NCBI RefSeq assembly: GCF_004010195.1
Contig: NC_057719.1
Span: forward strand, 5,948,376-6,012,375
Direction: 5' to 3'
DNA from: Chiloscyllium plagiosum
Lineage: Eukaryota
Length of the DNA stretch: 64,000 nucleotides
A model generated the notes under the pieces. The model did no database searches. It saw only the letters and a program-made list of their open reading frames with translations, and was not told where the DNA came from. This document shows positions 1-12,124 of this stretch, piece after piece; positions within the stretch are counted from its first letter, which is position 1, and each line of letters begins with the position of its first letter. Position numbers and translations under genes: made by a program.

Positions 1-206
1 GTGTATGGAATGAGCTGCCAGAGGATGTGGTGGAGGCTGGTACAATTGCAACATTTAAGAGGCATTTGGATGAGTATATGAATAGGAAGGGTTTGGAGGG
101 ATATGGGCCGGGTGCTGGCAGGTGGGACTAGATTGGGTTGGGATAGCTTGTCAGCATGGACCGAAGGGTCTGTTTCCATGCTGTACATCTCTATGACTCT
201 ATGACT
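1..206 (+). mobile_element. HER1/CR1-clade LINE 3' end
   Basis: ORF2 C-terminal WNELPE.VVEAGTI..FK.HLD.YM motif, 3' UTR, and (CTCTATGA)n tail. Confidence 0.9.
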
Positions 207-1625
207 CACTTAGAATGGAAGAAATCAAGAATACAATTGACAGATTCTTCCATCCGAATTATTGTTGCATAGTTAAATTTCAAATAAAATCATTTTATAG
301 CACAGAAGAAGACCATTAAACTCATTAACTACACCATCTCTCATTGAGCTCTGTTCCTTCACTCTTTAAGCATTTCTTTTTATTACACTTATTCAGTTTT
401 CTATTAAGTGTCATAATGGATTCTACTTTCATCACTGTTTCTGGTGGAGCATCACATCCTAACCACTATGGGGGTGCAGGCAGGAAAGTGGAGTTACGGC
501 CACAACCAACTCTATTATAATCTAGCTAAATGGCAGAGCAGGCTCGAATGGCTTGAATGACTTGCTCCTATTTATGCCTTATTACCTCCCTTTACAGTTT
601 GGCGTTCTATTTCTAAGCTTCTGTGAAGTGAATTTAGGCAAGTATGAAATAAAGTTCCTATTGAGCTGGGAAATTCCTTCTATTTTATTCATACCCAGGA
701 GTGCCACAGATAATCAGCTTATATGGGAAACCTAAAAGGTCACACCAGAACAGTGTCGTTCATGTTAAGACAGAGAACAGATGTTCAGCTTGCATCTAAA
801 CATACTGTGTCTCACGTGGGAGTGCTTCCTTGTCTCAAATATAAAGCTTTCCATTTTCCTATCATAAGCTCATTTGGAACAAATAATCAAAAATAAAATC
901 CAATGTCAGTGCAATATTTGTAATCTGCTATGATTATTAGCAAGTGGAGGACAGACTCTGGGGTCACTCAAGTGAAATGCAATTAACCACAGTAATAAAG
1001 ATAGAAACACTTTTGGTCTAAAAAGTCTTAGTTATGCAAGAATAAAAGAGTAGGATAGAATTGTTTACATGGCTGTCTATCTGAAGTTCTGGCACACAAT
1101 GACAAATATCACCAAAAATGCAGTTGTCCCAGGGTACATTTGAAACCGCAGTTATTCAAGAAATATCAACAAACTCTCTGACTCTTGTAATGCAAGAGGA
1201 GCTGGACATGGCTCCAGATTCCACATCTGACCTATAAACAAGAATTATCTTTCAGAAACAGAGCTGAGCTGGGAAGGGTTCTGACACCAGGCCTCTACAT
1301 AACTACTCCAAACAATGTCCTGAAGCATAAAGTAGAATCTGGCTGTCAACCTCAGGCATGGTGTCTCCAGTAAACAAGCAGTTATCACAAGATATGTGAC
1401 TACCCAAGAAAAACATTGTTAAAGTATACTCCAATTTTCTTTCATTGACTTTTATATTAAAAAAAAGTCTCCATGAACCTTGAAATTCGAGTCCACAAAA
1501 ATGATTAAATCTGAAGTTTTCACAATATATGTTTCTTCCTTATTGACCAACATTTAACATGTTCATGATTTAGCTCATAAAGCATAAAACAAATTAACTA
1601 TTTGTTCTGGTGACATTTGTTGCAG

Positions 1626-1723
1626 TGATTCAGGGAGAGGGAGCAGCCTGCTGGACAGAGTCATAGCTGACAGGCGGAATCTGAACACCATCTCTCTACC
1701 TGACTTCAGTGATCCTGAGACAG
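1626..1723 (+). CDS. TTC7B: TTC7B internal coding exon (98 nt, phase 2 in / phase 1 out): (S)DSGRGSSLLDRVIADRRNLNTISLPDFSDPET(G)
   Basis: ttgttgcag| acceptor at 1624-1625 and CAG|gtaaat donor at 1724. The translation matches the remembered vertebrate TTC7B segment SDSGRGSSLLDRTIADRRQLNTITLPDFSDPETG and splices in frame to 38887. Not in the ORF track. Confidence 0.95.
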
Positions 1724-2720
1724 GTAAATATTATTGTCTGTTGACCTTAATCATTATTGGCTTGTTCTGGATGACCTACACAGATATGTTGTTAATTTAA
1801 GATTTCACTGTATTGCCCAGTTCTGTTGCCTCTGCAGACTCTTGTATGGTTCTGAGATACTGCACGACATAGATGATTGGAGCTCTATGTCCATGAAGTG
1901 GTGTGAGCTCCTACAGTAAATGGTGCGATAGCATGAAATGGACAAAGCTCAGCATTTCTTTAAATTAACACATACACTAATCACAATGCATTTAAATTTT
2001 CTTCTAAATGCTTTGGAGGCAAAAGAAATTTAATGCATTTACTTTGAGAGAGAAGTTGCTTTCAAATCATAGAATTTACAGCTAAAGCACACCTCTTCAG
2101 TTCAACTGCAGTGTGCCATTATTTATGCTCCACTTAAGTCTCTTCTCAGCCTACTAAATTGTGCTTATCAACGCCCTCTTCTATTCCTTTTCCATTTGTA
2201 TCGTCGTTTCAGTTCAGAATTCAGAAATTCTGACATAAGCTTGTTCCCAGCCCCTTTCCTAGATGGGTAACACTGGTTTTGGTGCTGAGTTATAGAAAGT
2301 GAATTTTACAGTCCGATAGAAAACTGAAAGAAACCATTTGGAAACTTGTTAAGTGCAAAATAAGCAAGAGGTCTTTTTTTCTAAATTGGTTTATACATAT
2401 AATAAAAGAAGCCTCTAAGTCGGCCATATTTGTAACCTGGGTTAATTCCCAACCCTTGCCTCTTAACTCTGCTGTTATTTTACCCTTTTTCAGTTTTTAT
2501 CCAAATCTATTTTGAATGTCATCGGTGAATCGATGCAGTTGTTTATTCTTTCAAGAGATGTGGGCATCACTAGCTAGGGAAGCATTTATTGCCAATTCTG
2601 AGTTGTTCTTTCAAGCAGCCAAATTAGCATAATGCTCTTTCTGATAAATCTCCTTTGTACTTTCCCCAAGATGGTCTTTTCTTTTTAATCTTTTCCCTTC
2701 TGTGTTTTTTTTCTCTCCTG

Positions 2721-2760
<40 letters not shown>

Positions 2761-2769
2761 CTTCCCCAG

Positions 2770-2965
2770 TAATACTGACTTGTGCCAGAGTGCAAGCCGC
2801 TGGTGCTATGGGCACCCTCCTTTCACCCTTTCTGCATCTAAGCCAAGAGACAGTTCACACTGTGGTGGTTTTGTGAACCAGGGAAGCAATTACACTTGAA
2901 CCTGTTCTTCTTATTGCTGCAGTGCTGTAATGCTTTACAGAATGATTTCATTGGATAAAGCTTAG
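2770..2965 (+). other. Candidate poison (NMD) cassette exon of TTC7B; alternative acceptors at 2770 and 2941
   Basis: Roughly 90-nt pyrimidine tract ending ccccag|, consensus donor TAG|gtgagt at 2966, in-frame TGA at 2874-2876. The last 25 nt contain stops in all three frames. Confidence 0.35.
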
Positions 2966-3260
2966 GTGAGTCACTTATAAAACATGGATGTTAGTGCACC
3001 CACAGAATTAGCTATAGGTCGCTTAACTGGCCACAGTATTCCCAAGATCAAAATTCAAGCACAGGGGTCAGACCCATGGCTTTCCTGGACAATTCCACAC
3101 TAAACAATGAAGCAGCAACTCAAACCATTGAAGAACTCTTAATTAACCAGTCTTAACCAATAACATACTGTTGGGATATTTTCCATGCTGCAAGGATATA
3201 TTTACTAAAAGCATCAATATTATCTTGTGTTGCTGTCATTGCACAATTCTTAAAGTGAGT

Positions 3261-4320
3261 AGTTAAAAACAATGACTGCAGATGCTGGAAGCCAGGTGAT
3301 AGGTCAGGGAGGAGGGTGGAGTGGATAGGTGGAAAGGAAGATAGGCAGGTAGGACAAGTCATGGGGACAGTGCTGAGCTGTAAGTTTGGAGCTGGGATGA
3401 GGTGGGGGAAGGGGAAATGAGGAAACTAGTGAAGTCCACATTGATGCCCTGGGTTTGAAGTGTTCCGAGGTGGAAGATGAGGCGTTCTTCCTCCAGGCGT
3501 CGGGTGGCGAGGGAGTGGTGGTGAAGGAGGCCCAGGACTTGCATGGCCTTGGCTGAGTGGGAGGGGGAGTTGAAATGTTGGGCCACAGGGCGGTGTGGTT
3601 GATTGGTGCAGGTGTCCCGGAGATGTTCCCTAAAGCGCTCTGCTGGGAGGTGTCCAGACTCCCCAGTGTAGAGGAGACCGCATCTGGAGCAACGGATGCA
3701 ATAAATGATATTGGTGGATGTGCAGGTAAAACGTTGGTGGATGTGGAAGGCTCCTTTAGGGCCTTGGATGGAGGTGAGGGAGGAGGTGTGGGCGCAGGTT
3801 TTGCAATTCCTGCGGTGGCAGAGAAGGGTGCCAGGATGGGAGGGTGGGTCATAGGGAGGCGTGGACCTGACCAGGTAGTCACGGAGGGAACGGTCTTTGT
3901 GGAAGGCGGAAAGGGGTGGGAAGGGAAATATATCCCTGGTGGTGGGGTCTTTTTGGAGGTGGCAGAAATGTCAGCGGATGATTTGGTTTATGCGAAGGCT
4001 GGTAGGGTGGAAGGTGAGCACCAGGGGTGTTCTGTCCTTGTTACGGTTGGAGGGGTGGGGTCTGAGGGCAGAGGTGCGGGATATGGACGAGATGCCCATT
4101 GGAGAGCATCTTTAACCACATGGGAAGAGAAATTGCAGTCTCTAAAGAAGGAGGCCGTCTCGTGTGTTTTTTGGTGGAACTGGTCCTCCTGGGAGCAGAT
4201 ACGGCGGAGGCAGAGGAATTGGGAATACGGGATGGCATTTTTGCAAGAGGTAGGGTGGGAAGAGGTGTAATCCAGGTAGCTGTGGGAGTTGGTGGGTTTG
4301 TAAAAAAAAATGTCGGTGTC
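3261..4320 (-). mobile_element. Penelope-like retroelement fragment (RT thumb to GIY-YIG C-terminus, internally deleted)
   Basis: Minus-strand peptides FYKPTNSHSYLDYTSSHP-like and RRLEEERLIFHLGTLQTQGINVDF; flanking direct repeat AAGTGAGT (3253-3260, 4321-4328). Confidence 0.88.
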
Positions 4321-4436
4321 AAGTGAGTCGTGCTGAACAACTTTTCACTGGTTAACTTGCTGCCTTTCTGCCATCTGACATTTTCCAAAGCTGCTTCCTT
4401 CCTCTGAAAGACAGGAACTGCATATCTATGAGTTTA

Positions 4437-4595
4437 CATAGGAACCTTGATTAACTGGCATTCGATTAACTGAATTTTGGATGATCTGAACAAGATCGCA
4501 AAGTTCTGATGCATGGCTAACTATGTTATCTGGCAATCGATCAACCGAACGAAATACTCCCAGCCCGTGTCCTTCGGATAATTGAGGTTCCACTG
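4437..4595. mobile_element. Tc1/mariner (pogo/Tigger-like) MITE, 159 bp
   Basis: Imperfect TIRs cataggaaccttgattaactg / cggataattgaggttccactg, flanked by TA on both sides. Confidence 0.75.
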
Positions 4596-4854
4596 TATAA
4601 TCAAAACGGACACATGCTAGACACAGGCCGAGGAGGATTAGAATGGTTTAACTTTTGAGAGCTGAACCTGAAACTTGACCCTAAAGAACCAGTTAATTAA
4701 GACAATTTGATTAAAGTCCAGTACAGTGGGAGTACTCTAAGGTTTCTTTCAGGGAGGCATGGAGCCATAGCAGATGTTGACACTTTACCCATCAATCCTA
4801 TTGGCATCTAATTGATATTTTGTTCTTGGGGAAAAGAAAGCGGTGCCCAGTAGA

Positions 4855-5520
4855 GCCGAAGAGCCACACAGCATGGAAACTGGTCCAACTAGTCCGCCCC
4901 AATCATGTTGCCAAACCAAATTAGTCACACTTGCCTGCATTTATCCCATATCCTTTCAAACCTTTCCTATTCATGTAAATGTCTTTTAAATGTTGTAACT
5001 GTACCTGCATGTATCACTTGTGGAACCACTCTCTGTGTAAAAATGTTGCCCCTTATGTCCTTTTAACATCTTTCTCTTCTGACCTTAAAAATATGCCTGC
5101 CTTCCCCACCCTAGGGAAAAGACCCTTGCTGTTCACCTTATCTATGCCCCTCATGATTTCATAAACCTCTATAGGGTCACCCCTCAACCTCCTACGCTCC
5201 AGTTAAAAAAAAAGTCCCAGGCTATCTTTATAGCTCCAATCTTCCATTCCCAGTAACATCCTGGTAAATCTTTTCTGAATCCTCTCCAATTTAGTAATAT
5301 CCTTCCTGTAGCAGAGTGACCAGAACTGTACATAGTACTCCAAAAGAAGCCTCACCAATGTCTTAAGCAATCTCACTGATGTCCCAGCTTCTATACTGAA
5401 AAGTCTGAGCAATGAAGGCGAGCCTGCTAAACACATTCTTAACCACCCTGTCTACGTGTGACACAAATTTCAAAGAATCATGTACCTGAACCACACTCTG
5501 TCCTACAACACTACTCATGA
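4855..5520 (-). mobile_element. HER1/CR1 LINE 3' fragment
   Basis: Minus ORF 5203..5436 reads LVRLLLEYYVQFWSLCYRKDITKLERIQKRFTRML (CR1 ORF2 C-terminus) followed by 3' UTR. Confidence 0.9.
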
Positions 5521-5672
5521 GAATGTTAATATTTTCACAAATGTCACCAGTTAATTTCCTTTATATGCCTGCACCATACACATGCTTACAGTCTCTCCTC
5601 AGAAACTGGACATTGCATTGCAGTAACCAATCGCGCGCACACACTCTGTCTCTTCTCTCTCTCTCTCTCTAG

Positions 5673-5687
5673 CTGTATTTGGAACAG
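5673..5687 (+). CDS. Candidate TTC7B in-frame micro-exon, 15 nt CTGTATTTGGAACAG (AVFGT)
   Basis: (CT)n pyrimidine tract + ag acceptor, CAG|gtgaat donor, symmetric phase 1/1, no stop. The acceptor tract is a microsatellite, so this could be chance. Confidence 0.35.
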
Positions 5688-6336
5688 GTGAATTGTTTCA
5701 TAATAATCGGGAGAGCAGATAAACCTCCAATTCCGGCCTCTTCCCCATTTTTCTTCACTCCGCCATTGATGGCTGTGATGTCACTTGCATCTGTCCTCAG
5801 CTGTAGAATTTCCTGCTTGAATTTCTCTACCTCAATACTTTAAACCACTCTGTTAAATCTACCTCTTTGTCCAAGCTTTTGGCCACTTGTTGTAACATCT
5901 GTATGTCGTTCAATATCACATTGTGGCAAATAACACTCCAGTAAAGGACCTGACCACAATTTGCCACATTAAAAACACAGGTATGTGCAAATTGTTGAAA
6001 ATGCCAAGCAATTCTCAGCTGGACCTTAATGATTACAGATTTCGTGACAGACTTAACTCTATTCTTCCTACAAGTGGGAAGAGGTCAGTTCTTGCATTCA
6101 ATTTTTTTTTCCAAATTTCTCATCTGTCCATCACTATTATACATTAGTCTTGACTAAAGAATTTCTTGGACCACAGGGGAACTGTTTAATTAGCCAGCTG
6201 TTCAGAACAATCTACACTAAAATATATTGCTGACATTCATTACACTAGAAAATGGATATGGGCCATTTTGAAACATGTCCCTAATGACATTCTTCCTCTG
6301 CTCTACCTTCTTCATACCCTTACTTCAATGTTGTCA

Positions 6337-6652
6337 GATTAGACTAGATTACCTACAGTGTGGAAACAGGCCCTTTGGCCCAACAAGTCCACACTGACCC
6401 TCTGAAGAGTAACCCATCCAGACCCATTTCCCTCTGACTAATGTGCCTAACACTATGAGCAATTTAGCATGGCCAATTCACCTGACCTGCACGTCTTTGG
6501 ACTGTGGGAGGAAACCGAAGCACCCGGAGGAAACCCATGCAGACACAGGGAGAATGTGCAAACTCCACACAGACAATCGCCCAAGGCTGGAATTGAACCT
6601 GGGACTCTGGTGCTGTGAGGCAGCAGTGCTAACCACTGAGCCACTGTGCCAC
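6337..6652 (-). mobile_element. HE1-type tRNA-derived V-SINE, full length
   Basis: A box TGGCTCAGTGG, B box GGTTCAATTCC, V-domain GTGTGGAGTTTGCACATTCTCCC, HER1-like tail ending (CTAAT)n. Confidence 0.92.
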
Positions 6653-9600
6653 CCTCTCTTATGACAAGGTTGCTTGTCTCTTCCAGTTGACTTTAGCACC
6701 TGACTGAAACTCCACTGTCTTGCCAGTGAACGTATAACTTCTCTTGCTCACCTCCCTCCACCCCCACAATGCTTTCCATGTCACTGCCTTAAGCTCAGCT
6801 GGTCAAGCTTTTGGGCCATAAACCAAGTTGGAGACATCATATTCTATCTGTGATATTATTTTAACCTGTGATATTCTCCATCCAGCTACTAGTGAAAACC
6901 TTATTCCTGCATTTCTCACTTCAAGTGAAAACTACTCCAGGGCTGTGATTACTAGCCCCACACTCTGTAATTTCTGACTTGGTTATTTCTCTCATTGCTG
7001 TCTCTGGGATCTTATGGTGTGAAAATAATTCCTACGAGACAACAGAGACTACATTAAACAATGTTAGACTTTAATGGCATTGGCACATTTTGAGGTTTTG
7101 ACAAGTGCAATTTAATTGCAAATTATTTTATTGCATTCATGTTCATCTGTATAATGGTGACTATACCTCAAAAATAATTACTTAACCACTTTTTAAAATT
7201 CATTCATAGGGTAGAAACTGGCAAGGGCATCACTTAATGCCTGTCCCTCACTGCCTTTGAGTAGGTGGTGTTGAGCCACACCTTTGAACTGCTGCATATC
7301 AAGTGAGTGTAGCCAACCCAGTGCTAGAGAAGGATTTTGACCCAGCAACAGCAAAGAAATGGCATTATAACTCTATATCAGCACTATGAGAAACTTGGAG
7401 CAAAACTTGCAAATGATGTTTCCAAGCATTTTCGGCCTTTGGTTTTGCAGCTAATAAAATGTGCTGTTGAAGCATTCTTGACGAGTTGTTATAATGTATC
7501 TTGAAGGGTATTTGTTATTTAAAACTGCAGTAACAATGCAAGTTAGTTTCTTTGTTTTCTGCTGCAATGTCTTTCTGATCTCTACTCTATATTGTCTGAT
7601 TATTTGTCTTAATTTTCCCTGTACTTTAATCTCTGAGGGCACAGCTGTCAGAAAGAATCATCCTACACTCATTGCCTTCCCATTTCAACATGTCTCAACT
7701 AAACCCACTGTGCTGCCAAGTTTCTAACAATATTAATGGTGAACTCAATATCCTTTCAGGTCTCTTGATGCACTGCCTGCTAAATTGACTTTACTGTCCT
7801 CCTCCTGTCATATCATTGTGAGCCTAAGTCTTGTCCTGCTGAATGTCAGGGCTTACTAACTGCTTCTCCCCTGACAGTTCTGTAGCTAAGCATCTCTGCA
7901 GTCTTTGAAAGCTGAACTCCAATAAATTAAGCAAGAGAGAAATGTGAAACTGGAGCAAACTAGTTTTTTTAAAAAGGGGGAAGTTAGCATTGAAGGGTTA
8001 AAAGTACGTATCTGAATCTAGTTTCTTTCTTCCTTACACTGTCCCTGCCAAATTGTGGCACACCAATGCCTTCAACATTAGACTCTCCCTCACATTCTGA
8101 CAGAGTTCATCGCAACCACATGCACTCATTAATTTCCTGAAAACTCTTATCACGTACCCCACCTCACAATGTCACTCTCTGTATTTTGTGCATGCTTCAC
8201 TTCCATCCAGTTTGGTGGGAATGGATCACAGAGACATTTGCCCATCTCGTTAGCCTGAAATGTAGGATGAAATGAGTGAATCTTTGCTAGGTTGTTAACA
8301 CTTTAATTAGTGGTTGTAGACCAGTTAGATCAAACAACGAATCAAATTGATAGAGTAAATTGGCTATATTACTTCCCTTTCCAAATCATGGCACAGGTAT
8401 TAAAGAGTTGTATAAAGGAGGGAATTAAGCACGAGGAAATAAAATGTTAGAATTTGTTTTGGGTCAGCTCCAGTAAGAATAAGAGTCCATTTGCTTAACA
8501 ATTACAGGAGGTTGTATATTAGATTTAATTGAGTCCTGTGAACCAAGCATCCATTTTTACAACCACTCAAAGCTGCTGTTAAATATAGGTAATAAATTTA
8601 CTGTTGAAACATTCAAATTGCTATCAGCTATCAATTGGAAACCAACACTTGTCAATGTTTTTTTTCCCTGCTTATTCCAGAAAGCTTTTTTTTGCTAGGT
8701 TCATTTGCATGAATATTAGATACAATCACCACACACCACTCTGCCACCAGCAAAGTCCCTCACCCAGGTGCTCAGTGTTAACTTGGCTATGAATGTTTGT
8801 TGGGCAGTTATGTCACATTTGGAACTGGTGGGTAAAATCCAATTCTGTCCACAAGAGAATACTTTCCAGCATGGATTTGCCAGCTGACGATTAGTAGAGA
8901 GACAATTGAGTAGTTTTATTTCATCTTAGTTTACTCATTGATTAGAAATACTAATTGTAGCTGCACTGTCTAGATCAGGTAACCCAGCACACACAGGAGA
9001 TCAAGCCTTGGTATCATACTGGTCTGCATGATTCAGTTGCTCACTATATAAACTAGTTGAGCCATCAGAGAAGCTAACTAAGGACTCCAAAAGCTTGTAT
9101 TTTCAAAAAATCTGTTGGACTATAACCTGGTGCCATGCAAGTTTTGACATTGTGATTTTAGGCAAGGAATTGTCCTCACAACACACTGATTTCCTCCATC
9201 CCTGCCAGCTCCCCATCACAAACCCAAGGCAATAAGGTTGTTCTCCTGTTGCCTTAAGACCATAAGAAGTGGGAGCAGACGTTGGCCATTCAGCCCATTA
9301 AATCAGCTCCACCATTCAAACAGATTCAAAATCTGCTAGTCAAGCCAATGTCAGTTAACTCAGTGTTGACGAGAAGTTAAATCAGCAAACTCACTTTGGC
9401 TCGATTAGCTCCAAATGCAATACAGTGCACTAACCAATGATTGAAGAGTTATAGGCATAATGCTTCATTTTATTATAAGTTTGGTAGCAGTTCAACTTTA
9501 AGCTGTAGTTTGTCGATCTCGCTTTAAGTCCAGACACAGATCTGAGGTGGTAATGGTGTAAAGGTATTTCAATAACAGTCGCAAGTTAAATTAAACATGA

Positions 9601-10939
9601 ATTTCACTAATGACATTAATGAATCTGTATTATAGACTAATTAAGGAGCCCTAACTGTGTGGAAAAGATTCATGAATGGAAACATTTAACTATAATGTTG
9701 AGGTTAAGATTATAGTTGCTTTTGTGAAGATTAGGATGCACAATAATGTTTATGATCAGTGTGTTTGTATTCAATTTGTACGTTGGGAAATTGTGTCCGA
9801 AACAAAAGGGAAAGAAAAATTGCAATTATGCACTGAGGAATATTTTTCTCCATTTCAATTAACTAGTTCGACCTGCTTTCAGCTCAGTTTAATTGGTCCA
9901 ATCCATTTCCCTGTGTGACAGAAGACTAGACAGAGAAAGACTTGCCTTGTTCCAGAGACTGCACTTACTCAACTAAATGCATTTTTTCAGTAATAAAGGA
10001 ATTAATATTTCTCCTGAAGGTACAATTTTTTGTTACAGACTCATGGGATTGCAGGGCTATCAGAACACATCAGAAAACTAAGCAGCTTATTTGTCAGCGA
10101 TTAAATGGAGTGTTCAAGGGTCATTCCAGTGAAGAGTTTTGATCTAACTGTCCTAGACCAGTATATCACCCTTCAAGGTGTATTAATTGTTCATTAGCTT
10201 CAAATCCAGCTGTTACCAGTTAAAATAATGGATCACATTGGGGAGGGCTCTGTATTATCTCAGACTCAGTGATGCTTCTTGGTACTAACACCTACACCGC
10301 CAATTCTACATAGTACTTGCAGCTAATATCTGACCATATAGCACAATAGGTCCACGTGTTTATGCTGCACGCAAGTCTCCTCCCATCCTCCTTTATCCAG
10401 TCTCATCAACAAAACCTAATCTATTCCTCTGTCCTCCTTATATGTATTTAGCCTCCATAAGACGTAGGAACAGAAGTAAATCATTTGACACATCAATAAG
10501 ATCATGGTTGATCTAATAATCCTCCATTTTCCTGCCTTTTCCTCATAACCCAGCCTTGAATATACTTGACAACCCAGTCTCACCAGCCTCTATGGTAACA
10601 ATTCTACAGAGTCACTACCCTCTGTGAGAAAAAAAATTTTTCTTCATCGCTATCTTAACTGGGGAAACTCCTTACTTTGAGATTGTGCTCTCTTAACCTC
10701 GACTCTGCAACTGGAGTAATCAACATGTCCACATCTACCTTGTTAAGGCCCCTAAGTTTCTTCAATATCTCTATAATTCTTCTAAACTCCAATGAGTACA
10801 AGCCCAACCTACTCCGTTTCCCCTCATAAGATCATAGGAACATGAATAGGCCATTCAGTCCCTGAAGGCACTTCTGGCCTTCAATGGTTGATTTGTGGCC
10901 TAACTCCATATATCTGCCTTTGGCTCATCATTCTTAATA

Positions 10940-11472
10940 TCATTGGGGAGACTGGATGCCTCCTCGCAGAGCGCTTCAGGGAACATCTCCGGGACACCCG
11001 CACCAATCAACCCCACCGCCCCGTGGCCTAACTTTACAACTCCCCCTCCCACTCTGCCGAGGACATTTAGGTCCTGGGCTACCTCCACCACCACTCCCTC
11101 ACCACCCGATACCTGGAGGAAGAATGCCTCATCTTCTGCCTCGGAACACTTCAACTCCAGGGCATTAATGTGGACTTCACCAGTTTCCTCATTTCCCTTC
11201 CCCCCATCTTACCTCAGTTCCAACCTTCCAGCTCAGCACTGTCCTCGTGACCTGTCCTACACCTATTGTACTCTTCTCTCCAGCCCCACCACCCCCCCTA
11301 CCCCCATTTATCTCTCCACCCTGGAGGCTTCCTGCCTCTATTCCTGATGAAGGGCTTTTGCCCAAAACGTCGATTTTCCTGCTCCTCGGATGCTGCCTGA
11401 CCTGCTGTGCTTTTCCAGCACCACTCTAATCTAAACTCTGGTTTCCAGCATCTGCAGTCCTCACTTTTGCCT
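10940..11472 (+). mobile_element. Penelope-like element 3' fragment inserted in an older CR1 fragment (~10460-11990, minus)
   Basis: GIY-YIG C-terminal remnant, hammerhead-like motif at 11340-11375, 10-bp TSD ATTCTTAATA (10930-10939, 11473-11482). Confidence 0.88.
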
Positions 11473-12124
11473 ATTCTTAATACCTTTGTTTATCAAAAAA
11501 TTACCTATCTCAGATTTTAAATTAACAACTGATCTAACATCAACTACTGTTTGTGAAAGGGTTCCAAACCTCTGCTATCCTTTGTGTTAGAATTAGTTAA
11601 TAACATCCATTTGAATGGTCTGACCCTGAGAAATCTTTCCATACGTAAAATGAACCCAATGAACCTTCCCTGGACTGCCTCCAAAGTCAGTATATCTTAA
11701 ATGTGGGCCCAGAACTATTTACAATTATTCCAGGTGTGGTCTGGCTAGTGCCTTATATAGTTTAAACAAGACCTTCCTTTGAAATAAAGGCCAGCAGTCC
11801 GTTTTCCTTCTCTATTTCCCACTGAACTTCAATGCCAGCTTTTTGTGATTTATGCAGAGCTGTGCTGCAGTTCTCTGCAGCATTTCGTCATTTTAATAAC
11901 ATTCAGCTCTTCTTTTCTTCTGAAAGTGCATCACCTCATTTTCCCAGATTATATTCCATTTGCTAAGTTTTTGCTCACTCCACAAAAATGCATCTGTGCT
12001 AACTGCCTCAACCACTCCTCATAGTAGAGAGAGTTCCAGGGTCTAATCAAACTTTTCATTCATTAAAACCCTGAGATCACTGCTACTGCTTATATCTCCC
12101 ACAAAAGCCGCAATTCTTCTTGAT

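Noticed and set aside
2251..2266. Possible 4- or 16-nt micro-exon ending GG|gtaaca
   Set aside because: Weak donor, frameshifting, and no supporting motif context; consistent with chance.
3304..4270. Long ORFs 3557..4270 (+, 237 aa) and 3304..3882 (-, 192 aa)
   Set aside because: Antisense or off-frame readings of a Penelope-like element; no splice context or host-protein similarity.
6560..6650. tRNA-like sequences here and at ~20625, ~23150, ~23380 and ~62240
   Set aside because: These are tRNA-derived heads of HE1 SINEs, continuous with the V-domain and LINE-like tail; they are not tRNA genes.
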